DNA of 64,000 bases. Origin: Takakia lepidozioides (lineage: Eukaryota; Plantae; Bryophyta). The stretch spans positions 25,048,001 to 25,112,000 of the forward strand of contig CM060731.1 of the NCBI GenBank assembly GCA_030704615.1, written 5' to 3'. This document shows, one piece after another, positions 50,346 to 62,984 of the stretch (positions are counted from its first letter, which is position 1; each line of letters starts with the position of its first letter). Made by a program: the position numbers and the translations under genes. The notes beneath the pieces are model-generated. The model was not told the origin of the DNA. It ran no database searches and saw only the letters and a list, made by a program, of their open reading frames with translations.

Positions 50346-50679
50346 GCTCTTGTTCTGCCCGTCCTGGTCATATATGCTCGACTTAGCGACAAGTGCTCCA
50401 TACTCCATTGGTATCACTGGCGCAGCCCGTGATTGCTTTTCCACTTTTCCGCCGGCCACTGTCCGGATGTTAACCCACGTCCACCTGTTACGGATCCTAT
50501 GGACTGTGTAACCCCAGTAAGCTGTGTTAAGCTGTGACAGGCTGTGTCATACTGTGGTACACTGTGATAGGCTGTGTTGCACTGTGGTAAGCTGTGATAG
50601 GCTGTGACACGCTGTGGTAGGTTGTGATAGGCTGTGTGACACCGTGATGGGCTGTGATAGGCTGTGTCGCGCCGTGATG

Positions 50680-51860
50680 GAACGATGTCAACACGGCGGC
50701 GTGTAGAGTGGGACGTGAGCGTGGGTCGTAGATGTGGTTGCTCACGCAGTACATGATACCCTGCCTCCCGAGCAATAGATGCCACCGCATCGCGAACCAT
50801 ATCATGAGACACAGTGCGCTCACCACCACATGGACAGCGGAGGAGATGGATGGCAAGGTCATCGATGGGCTGAAGACAGACGCAACGTTGAAGGCCCAAT
50901 GCCGAGTTGAAGGTGGAGCGCAGTAGTGAAAATAGGGGATTAGAGGCGAAAATGTGCGATAGTGGGTCGTGTGCTGCCAACCATGCCTCTGCGCCGGGTC
51001 TTGCGCATGATAGAAGTCGGGCTCGATGCAACTCAGAAGAAGCACTTGAGAGCATGTCGGAAAAGGAATGACGGTGCACGCGCTCGGAAATGGACTCCTG
51101 AAGATGGTCGAGGCCTCGAGCACCAACTGCTCAAATGGTGGTAGACATGTTCGCGCCGGTGCCGGAAGAAGATCTCGTGCAGAGCGGAGATGCTGCTGGA
51201 AGGGTAAAATGCCACTGTCGACATGTGCAACGGCGTCCATAAGGATGGGACGATGGTCACAGAGAAATTGTGAAGCGAGGGCTGGTGCCACCAATGCCCA
51301 ACTGCCGAGGAAAGCTGATGGGGCGGTAGTGACAGTGGACAAAAGACCCACACCACCGGAAGAGACGGGCAGGGCGGCTTGCAAATGTTGTGGCAAAAGT
51401 CCCTGAGCACCCTCCAGAGCTCCTCGTCCTAACAATCTCCCGAAGATAGTCATCATGGTAGTATCAAACCCAGATAAGAGGTGTAGGAAATCTGGGTTGG
51501 GTGGAACAGTACGCAAGAGATATGAGGGACGCTGAAGGAAACATTTGGTCAAGATTCCATATGCTACCTGTACATCTCCGAGCCTAGGAAGGAGATTGGC
51601 GTGGGTGGCATCCTGGTGGAATGCATCTTCCAAGAAGGACGTTGTGAACTGGGTGGTGCCAAAAGGGACTCCCAGGATTCTGATGCCATTGGGCGGAGCA
51701 ATGAAGTGAGCATGGAGGACAAAATCTGCAGGGAGACCGGACGGAGACTACGACCACACCGCACATTTGCAAGGTTGCACTAAAAGGCCCACGGCAGAGA
51801 GTTGGGTGACAAAATGATGGTAAGCTGAAAGTACCTGTGAGGCATGGCCTACAATGTGCG
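50680..51860 (-). mobile_element. CRE-like (RLE-type) non-LTR retrotransposon fragment: RT C-terminus, CCHC-like knuckle and start of restriction-like endonuclease
   Basis: THIVG...GLLVQPCKCAVWS; GIRILGVPFG; QAALPVSSGGVGL...AFLGSW; RLLSCARPGAEAWL; CVC..IDDLAIHLLRCPCGGERTVSHDMVRD...REQPH...RRVDIV. Confidence 0.8.
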
Positions 51861-52086
51861 TGCGACCGACGGAAAGTTCTTTAATAGACTTTAGATTCCA
51901 GCTGATTTTATGAGCACTCTTATCCTTGTACATGCCAATTTAGAGTGAAGTTAGAATTTCAGATTGCTTTGGTCTCAATATCGTACTGCTCGGAGACTGC
52001 TCGATGAATTTCCTGTTCATGTTGACCTTTACGATCGACCGATAGTAGTTCCACTCATACATGTATGTATACAAGTTTTCTAACAG

Positions 52087-54223
52087 GCGAAGCGTGACCC
52101 ACTTGAGAATCCACCGCTGTATGCCGAGCACTTCAGCTGCTCCAAGATATCTTCCTCCTGTTCAGTTCTATGTTACCGATGCTTCCAAGAGTCCTCCAGT
52201 CTCCAGAGAGTACAATATGATTGATGGAGGGGTGCCGTAAACAATCCGGTAAGTTTCTTAAACTATGATTGACAGATTGTCTGCACTATGTATTATGTAC
52301 TGTTTGTGTGCATATTTGTAGTGTTCAAAGTTGCACAGGAACGTCGGATGAGAAAGCACCCACACAATTCAAGTGCACAATGTCGATACCGGACAAGCAT
52401 GAGTGTTTATATATCCTTGAGTTGTTATATCCGATTGTCTCAGGTATGAGAGCGACCTGAGACGTTCCATAGCGACCTGGTTTGCTAGTCTGCAAGCAAC
52501 TTCCCCATGTGGGAACGTTTAAGATTTTCTTGAGGTTGTATACAAGACACCAGCTTCAGTCCGAGCGCTGACACAATTGAGTTGCAAATTATATATCTCT
52601 GACGTCTTTCCTCTCTTTCTTCTCGAGATCTGTGAGTGAAGGGATTTGTGTATGCATTGCAGCCATATGTGGCGATCACGCAGGCTATCAAGGAAGCATA
52701 GTCGGGTGGCCATTGCACTGGAAGAGTAAACTATGGGGTCAGTAATCCGCTCTACTTTCAGTGATCCATGAGTGGATATTTTTCCCCTGCTGCTCAATCA
52801 CACTCAAAAGAAGTTGTTGATTACTTCCCTTCTGGACATGATCAATCCCGAAATTTGTCGTGCACAACCTTTTCCTCTTTCGAGAAGCTATTTGAAATCC
52901 AATTCAATAAAAGATGGACCTTCCTGATCAAAGTTATGCAATGCATTACAGTCTCCCAAGATTCTGACGGAGATATGCAATCCGGCTATCTAGAGCTAAT
53001 TGGTGTGTGGAGACGAATCTCCTTGCTGCTGCCTAGTGCAGGCACCACAGCCCCAGAATTAAATCGATGCAGAGAGCGGAATTACCCTGTTTTGTCAGTG
53101 ATGATGAATGATCTTGTCATGAGGCTAATTTCTGAATCGATTTTCAATCGATTTTCAAGCATTCAAAGATTGTAAGTCTCTGAGATCATTCTCTAGTTCG
53201 CCCAGGATTTGAGTTGACTTGAATGTGCCTGCTGTCTCCCTGCTGTACTTCATCTGTGCAGGGCTATGCCGACCTTTTGGTTCTTTCACTTGGCACTGGA
53301 CAGCAGACGGTGAGCTGTGATGCCAAGGTTATGCAAAAATGGGGTGTGGTGGATTGGCTGGCAAACAAGGGCGAGTTGGTTTCTAATGCAAGTGGAGATA
53401 TGGTGGATTACAACCTTTGTATTCTCTTCCAGTCTCAAAATTCTTCGTAATTCAGCTGTACTGCTGGGGTCCTCCTAACCTTCATGTATCATAGCTGGAC
53501 CTTCAATTCCCAGGAGTCCCATTATATGGGTGAGGACATGCCACTAGCTGTTCAGCATCTTATCCATGGGCTTCAATGGAATTATAGCTAGTGCTCAACA
53601 CTGATCAACAGCGGCTCAGTTCTACAGTCCTACAATTAATTGGTATTTGCTATGATCTGTTGACCACCTATCTATTTTTGCACTAGTTGGTGGATAAGAA
53701 CCCTCCCCCAGCAGTTGCTAAACTAGAAACTGATGTCCATAATGTCTGTGAACAGCTGGTGAGATCCTTTGGAAAGGATAGTGGGAAACATCTGCAGGCA
53801 TCGACATCATATATATGCTGATCTTCAGTAGAACATCCGCAGGGGTGGAAGGAGCCTTAGAATCTTGAAAAAGGAGCAGAGTTCCGTTGCATTTGAAGCA
53901 CAGCGAGATAAGGAAAAGAAGCAAAAATTTATGTGGTCCATCCAAACTAACAAAGAGAGAGCCCTAGCGCCGTGCCCCTGAAAGCGATACTTAAAGTGGA
54001 CATTCTCTAATTTCAAGTTGGTAATCTTAACTGCGTTGTGCTCACAGACAGACAGCCTTACTGGTTAGGCTACTCCAGTCGATGACCCTTCACCGGCCCA
54101 CTTGTGGAAACTGGTCGCCACAGGGAAACACATGCTGGATGAGCATGTCACACAGCGCAATTTTGAAACTGGCAAGCTTGAAACCGTCCCTGATGCGGGT
54201 ACCAACTGTGAAGCCCTTTACAG
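52087..54223 (+). pseudogene. patatin-like phospholipase (pPLA-II type) pseudogene, 3' exons only
   Basis: Exons 52087-52248 (AKRDPLENPPL..TSAAPRYLPP..YNMIDGGV/VNNP), 52663-52737 (YVAITQAIKEA*), 53262-~53454 (LVLSLGTG..KWGVVDWL..ASGDMVDYNL), 54048-54223 (TDSLTG*..RNFETGKLE..GTNCEAL). In-frame stops at 52699 and 54066 plus frameshifts. Confidence 0.88.
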
Positions 54224-54310
54224 GTTCGAATCTTTCTAAAGCTACAGTTCACAGTTTACAGTTTCAAAGCACCTCTCAAACCAACCCAGTTCCAAGCAAA
54301 AAGAACCATT

Positions 54311-55260
54311 CTAGATGATACCTATCTTGTTTGCCACATCCAACGCGTCATAATCAGCTGTCAGCCTTACAAAAGCCTTCTTCAGTCCATCAGGCCTGTT
54401 GCACAAAATTGCAGCATCAGTACTTGAAGCCCAGAGGTAAGCATACAGGTAATAAGCACCCAAAGGAGGACAGTCCCTGCTCCACCAAGCCAGCCTTGAG
54501 GTTCCATTCTAAGCTTGAGATTGCGACTTGACACAGCTAACAGCAATCCTGTCAGCCGATTGAGTGTTACTGAAGATCTCGAAAATAATCAATCATGGTA
54601 ATCTCAGGCTGTCGCCCACATCATAGGAGAGTGTGTGATGGTAATTCAAGCAGGGCTACTCCAACCCTACATGACAAGTGGATTCTGTTTCAGACTGAAA
54701 AGGATAGCATAGCATTTTGGCAGGCAAAGAAATGGTATGATCTAGAGAAAGCGAGCGGTATACTTTGTGAGGGGACTGCTTCTCATCTAAAGGCACTACA
54801 GCTCGTGCATTGTACAATCATGCCTACCATGACAAAGAGGTGAGAATCTGTGACAAGCCTCACGTCAACCATGTAGACAACATATTCAGTCCGGATCATA
54901 CCTTATCAAAGTGTTAACCTTCTTTGTCTGGATGTCGTACATCTTCTTCACTGCATCCTTGATCTTCTTCTTGTCAGCCCGCACATCCACAATGAACACC
55001 AACGTGTTGTTGTCCTCAATCTTCTTCATGGCCGACTCTGTTGTTAAAGGATACTTGAGGACCTCATAATGATCAAGCTTGTTCCTGATAGGGGCGCTGA
55101 GGCGAGGATACTTGGGCGTACGGGCTCTCTTCAAGGTCTTTGGCCGGTGAAAGGTAACAGAAGTCCTGACTTTTCTCCACTTCTTCCTCACCACAGCTGT
55201 GGTCTTCACCGCCTTGGCCGCCTTGGTCGCCTTCACCACCTGTGGGTTGGCAGGAGCCAT
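54311..55260 (-). CDS. RPL23A: 60S ribosomal protein L23a (uL23), 147 aa, 2 exons
   Basis: Exons 55260-54902 and 54395-54311 (GT-AG, 444 nt): ...[14 protein letters not shown]...[23 protein letters not shown]...[34 protein letters not shown]. Confidence 0.96.
54547..54628 (-). ncRNA. candidate intronic box C/D snoRNA in the RPL23A intron
   Basis: TCCT-ATGATGT (C) ... CTGA (D') ... ATGATT (C') ... CTGA (D)-C-AGGA; 82 nt, short terminal stem, same strand as the host gene. Confidence 0.5.
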
Positions 55261-56471
55261 CCTTGGAGGCGCCGTCCTCCTCACAGCTCGCACACTAACG
55301 CGGCTCTCTTCCCCGACTTGGAAAGGCGGACAACCCTAACTGTGCGAGAGAAGGCTTCTTAGGTCTTAGTAAATCTTATCAATTACTTCGTCATGCCATC
55401 TTGTTACTGGCTGAAATGAAACTTGGGCTACTATATTGAGACGACAAGACTAATTGGATGTTTAACTGGATGTGGAGGCCAAGCTCATTGGCAATTGGGA
55501 CATGGATATGAGAAACGGTGTACTAAGATCATCCAAAACAACTTCATCTGATATCTGTCAATCGTAAACCCTTTGCATAGTCCTGCCTTGAGAAGGCGAC
55601 AAATATTGTTTCATGCGTCAATGGCTGGGGTTCTCTAAGATATGCTTGCCGAGTCTTTTATAGGATCATATCAGTGGAGAGGACTATGCCAGGAAACATA
55701 CTACCCATGGGCCTGAGGGGCCGGGAGGAGAGGGGGTCCGATTTCACTGAATAAATGTCATGGCTGCACTTTTGCCTAATGGGTAGCAAGTCTGGTAGCA
55801 CACACACTGATGATACCTTCCATACAATTTTGACTGTTCAGAAAGAGCAAGAAGGCGGTGAAATCAAACCTCAAACCTCAGGTGCACACTCAGTTTCCGA
55901 GTTACATTAATGGGTTGATCATAACCCTCCAAATCTGTACCCATTAAACAAGGTTGGTCTTTGGGCTACACATGTGCACACTCAGCCAAGTGGCTGGTGG
56001 TTAACTCTAGTTAGATACAGGGACACAAGAGTACATGCCTCCCAGAAAGAACACTTAATAGCCAAAATATCACTCATCCCAATATGCCCATGAAGGAATC
56101 ATGTAAGCCTAAAAACCTTACAAGATTCCCTCCAGTCAAGAGATGCAATTATGGATTGTCGCACAGTTGCAAGGAATGATTTGTACATTTGACTGCCAAA
56201 ATATTGCCGATGTGTGGAGTGCCAACCAAAGACGGCCTGCCAAGGCCACCATAGGCAAAGCACTCATACTATACACTGCACATACATGCCGCTGTAGCAT
56301 GATCTCATGGTGGGCTCCGGAAGATCTCTCCAGGCAGCTGCGCCCAAACCCCATTTGGATACCGTTCTCCCTACCTCACGAGCAGAAGCCACAGTACTCG
56401 AGGCACCTCCAAGATGAGATAGGGCCTCCCTAGTGCCGGTGCTGAACTCCCTTACATTGTTCCTCTACTGC

Positions 56472-59400
56472 TCAAAAAAGGCTAGTCTTCTTCATGATCC
56501 TATAAAACTCCTCTTCATTGATTTCACCGTCACCTGCACAGCCAGCCACATAGCTAGATCACAATCCACAAAATTTGGTGACTGAAAAATCAGGCTTCAC
56601 TTTTTGGCCAAAACGTGGCTTCCACCCGGCCGCCACTCAAGATTACTTTTCAGTCCAGCAACCCATATATCTCATAAATTGCTTCAAACAAGCTGCTATA
56701 ATTAATCCTTAGCAGCTGTAACAAAGCAACAATACAAGTTCATGTTGAAGCAATTCTCCCTCGTTGCATCAATTGACAACTCCTCATATTGAAATGGCAA
56801 CGCATCATACCATCACGGTCGGCTTCATCAATCATCTCCTGCAATTCCTCGTCTGTCATATTCTCACCAAGCTCCTTCGCTACACGTTTCAGATTCTTGA
56901 AGGAAATTTTCCCCTGTGACCATCAAAGAAAGAGTCAATGTTTTGCTTTCCTTACCTTTTCCACCATAGAGCTGCCTCACCAGCATTATAGCCTACCTCA
57001 GCCCCCAGACTGCCCAACAACCAAACCCCACCACCAGCGCCCCCCCCACCATCTGCCTTAAGTCCCTTCCCCAGGTCTACTGTATACATCAAACAACACT
57101 TTAACTTGGGGTTCCAAATGCAATCTTTCTACAACAAATGCAAAGATCATGGAACAAGCACACTCCAGCCACTGGGTTAGCATTTCACAGGGAAGACTCA
57201 CAGTTTCATCATCATCAAACAAGCGAAACGCTTTCATGATTTCCTCCTTAGAGTCACGCTCCCCCATCTTGGCTGTCATCATTTGTAAAAACTCCTCAAA
57301 GTCAATGGTCCCACTGCCATCCTTGTCAATATCAGCGATCATCTTTTTTATCTCCTGTAACAACAGGTCAAATGATCATGTCAGTAACAACCATCCAACG
57401 GAGACATTCTAATGGCCAGTTGCCAGATGACTGTTTCTCACTTTCAACGGACCTAGTTACTTTCAGCTTTCAGAGGAGGCAGTTGACAGTGTAACTGCAG
57501 TGGAGTGTAAAAAAGATTCTGTAAAAGAAAAATGCTTCAACATCACTTGAGGTGGATCTAGCTCTCCAAATTTTGGCAAATCTTGTTTTAAAGTAATCCT
57601 TCACTGACATGTAAATCCATCATGGTAATGAGATTGCACCTCTTTCTTTGGTTCAAAACCAAGTGCCCTGCCACATCATGCCAACTCAAGCAGGTTAGTT
57701 CGAAGTGATGAAGAACAAACGCACTATAACTAGTGAACGGACGGACACCAACAGTCTCGATCCATTGCCTTCATATCAACTCTATCCGTTTTGCAGTTAG
57801 AAACTTTTGTGTGAAAAATACGTGAAGAAAAATGCATCTTACCTCATTGCAACTTTCAGCTCCTTTGCATCAATAGTTCCTGCCAAAAGTGGAAATGGAC
57901 AAAAAAATTGGTCATCCACCAGAGTACTTGCTGAAGACTGAACATAAATAGTGATTTCAGTACTGATAGATTACCAGAGCCATCAGTGTCAAAGAGGTCG
58001 AAGGCTTCATGAATCTCTTGCTTCTGCTCTTCTGTCAGGCCCTGAGAGCGGCCCTTGTTCTTGTCTCGCCTTGCAGCCCCAACTCCTTTGCGAAAACTCT
58101 GTAGAGCCAAGCCATTTGCTTCAGATGCAACAAGAATTAAGAAAAAAGTGAGCTTGACTGGGTGTGTGCAACAGAGAAAAATATTTGTTTCCCTGCTCTG
58201 ATTCTTACTTGTGATAAAAGATTCCCGGTCCAGGAGAAATGAAATGAAATGAAATGGTGCTTTATAATGTCTGCGAAAAGCTCATAGAGCTTATGAGACA
58301 AAATGGAAGAAAACATGAGAGAGGAAACAAAAACAAAGCCAAGACTAAGAACTATTGCTTGAGTGATTGTCTAAGGGTGAAGGCCTCGTGCAGTTAAGCT
58401 GCCAAGCATTTCTGATCCTCATAGTGGAAGACTTCAGTGAGACATTTGGTTCCACGGAATAAACAGTGAGGAGAGAGTGAGGGGTACAGATAGAGAGTGC
58501 CCTGCAAGTGCAATCCTTCAAGAGCAGACTTTCATCATCTTCATTTGGCGAGGACACCATCAGATAGGTGAATCTAAAAGGGACAGGAATCTTGTGACGA
58601 GCATAAGAGCTTACCAATTCTCCAATCTCCTGTGCTGGCAATAAAGCTAAATTAAGGTTTCCAGAGAAGCACCTCGCAGGCAGCAGTCTGCCAGCCTAGC
58701 TTGATAAACCGATTGATTAAAGGCGCTCTGACAAACTACACTAGCACTTTCAAAGCAGTCCATTCTAGCCATCATGGTAAACTAGAACATAATATTGGTT
58801 GATAAAAAACTTCTGTGATTTGGATTTGGGGAAAAACTGAAGCTCTCAAGGTGCAGGTACAATGTACCACAGATATCTGAAGACTCTTGCAGGGAAGCAA
58901 CCAAACAGAGTTCATTGATCCAATATCCCCTAAATATGTGTTCTTGCTAATATATCAATGCAGATGTTGGCCAATAACCTATTACTTTTACAGGACAAAA
59001 AGGAGAGAGTCCAGACTCCTTCCAACGTACGGAATCAGAAGGGCATTAGATTCGTTTCTGACATACCCTTGAAGTCCTTGGGGAGGAAGCTTGAGAAATT
59101 GAGAAATAATCCGTAGAAGAATTGGGAGATCTCAACCTAGGGTGTGCAGGTGGTGTGCTGCTGGCTTGGGGAATGCGAACAGTATTCAACTTACCACCGC
59201 AGGCACACACCACTCTGGCACAGCACTGATGGGCATTGCAATTCGCCTTCACACACTGAATTGGTGTGCAAACAAGGTCCTCAGGTGGTAAGTAGGATGG
59301 AACCCCATTATGCTCCACAGAAGAATTGAATGGTTTTCTGGTGCCTCTGGAACAGGGAGGACCAGAGGTGGAGCACACCCTGGGACCGATCTCAACATTT

Positions 59401-60197
59401 ACCCACGGCGGTCTGGAAGAGGAGGGAGCCGTTTGCAGGGGCCCCCCAGGAGAGAAGGGACCCGTTTGCAGGGCCCCCCGAGGAGAGGAGGGACCCGTTT
59501 GCAGGGCCCCCAGGGGAGAGGAAGAACCTTCGGAGGCACGGGAGAGACCACCAGAGGCCTTACCAGCAGGACAATTGCACACGCATTTGCGTCGAGCCTT
59601 GTCCTAGTTCTCAAGAAAGCCGAACAAAGATGAGAGCTTACAGAAAGCAAATTACAGGTGTTCGTGAAAGTCAGTTACAAACAGAGAATGACGGTTGTAT
59701 CCATGCAAATGCACAGTAAACTCCGGATTAACAATTTGTAAGAAAGAAGCAAGGACTTTCGAAGACGTTGCGAAGACATAAACAAAAGAAGCCTCGTATC
59801 TCAAAAAGTCAATCACACATCCAAGACAACTCAACCATTTCTTGAGTTAAACGAACTACAGAAGCTCGCAACTGCGGGCGATGTACAAGGTTCATGTCAT
59901 ATGTCCGGTTAGACGACTTGAAAGGAGAAGCAACAGCAAAGCAAGCATGAAGAAGTACATAGAACCAGAAAACCGAGCATAACATCCTTAGGCACTGGTT
60001 AGGTCCTTCCTTTGCTTTTCTTCCTTCTATAATAACATGTGAACCGCAAATGCTACTAAGAAGGTAACTAGACTGGATCTTGTAGAGGAGTAGTACATCG
60101 TACAAGGAGATGAAAGCACAAAACAAACAATTTCCAGCCATTACTGGGAACAAATTATGTGTTGCGAGCTGCATTTAGCCAGGAAATAACGTACCAT
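56472..60197 (-). CDS. CETN: centrin (caltractin), 4 EF-hand Ca2+-binding protein
   Basis: Exons 58098-57975, 57879-57843, 57667-57640, 57354-57202, 56913-56811, 56533-56472 splice in frame: SFRKG...[50 protein letters not shown]...RIMKKTSLF*. The start codon must lie in an upstream exon; best candidate is ATG|GTACGT at 60197-60195 (less certain). Confidence 0.92.
59420..59522. repeat. 33-bp GC-rich minisatellite, 3 copies
   Basis: GAGGGACCCGTTTGCAGGGCCCCCCGAGGAGAG-type units. Confidence 0.85.
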
Positions 60198-61823
60198 GAT
60201 TGGATTCCGGTCAGCTCAGAGAGACAAGGGATCGAGCAGGCAGGTTGGATTGCGACGACAAGACTAGACTTAGACTTCACTATTCGAAGCGAAAGATCGA
60301 AAACTCCCGGTTGCGGCAGCACAGCCACAGCCTTCTGCAGATCTCTTCTTTGCAGATCTGAACCACGCAAAGCTGTAGGAGAAGCCTGAAGATGGAACAG
60401 AGATGGCGCATTAAAGCAAGGCACGCGCAAACCTGACAAGAAAGAGCGAGGCTCCAGGCAAGAACGGAAGCAACGGACTCTTCCCACCGAACCCCTCCAC
60501 ATTGCCGTAACTGCCTGCCAACGGAGAATATGGCTTGACGACGTGGACCCGAGACGCCCGTGGATTGAACCTTACGCGTTATCTCACTCATATGGTGAAT
60601 GGGAGCTTGCCACGTCGGAATGATACCCAAGAGTCCAGTCCCAGAGAGTAGACGATTTACTCGCTGACTGGATGGATGAATAATAGTAGATGAATGAGCG
60701 ACACAATAGCTACTCTTACTGCTCCGCACGTGTTAGAGCTGAAGACTGACCAGTGTTGTCTCCCCAGCCTCACGCTTGGAAGCTCCCCGAAATCTTCAGC
60801 TGCTTCTATACTCTGCGTGTATCGAGAGCTCGGGATTCAATCTTGTATACTGTGCGGGCTCGGGATCCAGATTGAATTTCCAGACATCATGGTTCTCTCA
60901 GAGGCGGTAAGTAGTCTTTTAGTCTCTTAGTTCTTTTGTGCATTGTAGAAGGACGGAGCCTGGAGGAGATGTATCCTGAATGCGCGAAAATACATTCAGA
61001 GCTGTATGCAGCATAAGCTTGTGAAGGACTGTTGTCTCTGGCTGCTGAGATGTGCGCGTGAGTAGTTTGAATTTTGATTTCTGGTCGTGTACACTGAAAC
61101 GAGGAATTGTGTTTTGTTGATCTACTGGGAATAGCGCTTGCATTGACCTCATGGGTTTCTATCATCATGTTAGGGTGGTTCTATGATGCGGTCGAATTAT
61201 TCTCCCTTCCTTCAGGACTTTGCGGGAAAATATACTCTCATGTGCAGCTATGTCTGCCTTCTTCTCAAGGACAGACAGATGGACTTTAACGTGGGAATCG
61301 AAACTTTTACTCTTTAAACCCGCATTTGGGTTGGGTTGATGCGAGGTACGGATTACTGTCCTCTATTCAAAGAAATCCAGCAATGCGTGCAGGCCAAGTG
61401 CACCCATTGAACGGTCTCGTGGTTGAAGCCCCTCTTTTGCCCGCACGTGCTTGAACACGTGTGCGGAGACACAACAGACGAATAAATCATTTGCCTCCCC
61501 ATCGACGTTCTCCCCCCTCAAGCCATTCCACATTTTTAATCGAATTTAAATCTATTTTAAGCCAATAAATAGGTTTGCACTGCCTTTCAGTGGGGGTTTC
61601 TGGCACGTATCGATTTCGTTTTTGGCTCAATTTTTGTTCCGCGGCTTCCAGCATCCCACGGCTACTCCCCCGCCAAAATTTGGACCAATCAAAAATGCCC
61701 CCCCAAAAAAGGTGTTCTCTTTTTTCGCTCACTATTGCAGAACTCTCTATGAAGAGTGCATGAAGTAGAACGCCAAATCAAGTTTGTGTAGTACACTGTG
61801 CTGACTTGACAAATACTGAGGCG

Positions 61824-62984
61824 ATGATGCAGGAAGGGGTAGGTGTCGGGAAAGTGATCCTCCACAATTACTACACCAGCAGCTGCTCGTGGCGGGTGCG
61901 GATGGCTCTCGCCTTCAAAGGTTACTTGCTCTCAGCTCAGTCTTATGGAGGAATGTACAGCTTAGACGCTGGCTTGCCTTTAATGTGTGTATTGTCGATA
62001 GACACTCTACTTTGGTGAATACGTCCTCTTGATGTGTAGATATTTCGCTTAAGAGAAAAAGGGAGAGGTTGAAAAAGAGGGAGACAACCATTGGCTAACG
62101 TGGGTGTGAAGGTATACCGTATGAGTACAAGGCTGTCAATATCTCCAAAGGCGAGCAATTTTCTGAAGGTACATCCAAAAAATCTAATATCATCTTCTTT
62201 GAGTGCTAAATCATGTGTGCATTCGAGAAGGTAGGAAACTCCATTCAACGTTTACAGGTGTTGACGGTCAGTTTGAAGCTCTTGTGCAGGAAATGTAAAT
62301 TGCACAGGACCTCCTTAAGGTCTAAGTGGACATGAAATTTGCGAATGTGCTTGCCACTTCCAGTACACAGAAGTAGACATTGAGGGGTGGTGTGGGTTGG
62401 TGTAGACTTCACAAAGCTGAGCCCTTTGCAGCTTGTCCCTGTATTGGAGATTGATGGTGCAACTCTGGTGGATTCAATTGCAATTTTAGAGGTTCATTTT
62501 CCCCCTCCTTGAAAACAAAACCCACATTGAGATTTTTCTGTTGAAAGTTTCATTCAGATCATGAATGAAATATTACAAATGTGCGTCCTCTGGTACCTTC
62601 GGAGCATGCCAAGTTTTGGTTCTGAAGTCTCTCAAGAGTGACAAGTACTATCGGTAATTTTTGTCCTTCCCGCATTAAATTAACTAGATCCAAGAAATTT
62701 GTGGTACAAGGGCAGTAGTTGCAGTGCCCATGGCCATTTTTTGCATTATCGAGAACTCTTCATTGTATTTTGTCCTTCCCGCATTAACTGTCTAAAATTA
62801 ACTAGATCCAAGAAATTTGTGGTACAAGGGCAGTAGTTGCAGTGCCCATAGCCATTTTTTGCATTATTGAGAACTCTTCATTGTAATCACAGTGCTGGTG
62901 TCATTGCAGTACTTGGAGGAGAAGTTTCCCGAACGGAGGCCTCTTTTGCCTGCAGACCTGACAAAACGGTCACATGTTCGCCAG
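61824..62984 (+). CDS. GSTZ: glutathione S-transferase zeta class (maleylacetoacetate isomerase), first four exons; remainder not identified in this window
   Basis: Exons 61824-61920 (LHNYYTSSCSWRVRMALAFKG), 62112-62168 (IPYEYKAVNISKGEQFSE), 62406-62491 (FTKLSPLQLVPVLEIDG..DSIAILE), 62910-62984 (YLEEKFPERRPLLPAD..KRSHVRQ). SSC active-site motif. Confidence 0.93.
62657..62886 (+). repeat. recent tandem duplication (~110/120 bp x2) in GSTZ intron 3
   Basis: TTTTGTCCTTCCCGCATTAA...GAGAACTCTTCATTGTA occurs twice, nearly identical. Confidence 0.9.

Larger units (their letters stand above)
44751..50440 (-). mobile_element. Ty3/gypsy copy B 3' half: tandem repeat, long accessory ORF(s), PPT and LTR
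   Basis: Colinear homology with copy A; ORFs 50232-47230, 47279-46995, 46861-46523, 46535-45834; PPT/LTR junction at 45674. Confidence 0.85.

Noticed and set aside
59046-59719. Collagen-like/proline-rich ORFs in several frames
   Set aside because: Explained by the 33-bp GC-rich minisatellite, which is open in multiple frames.
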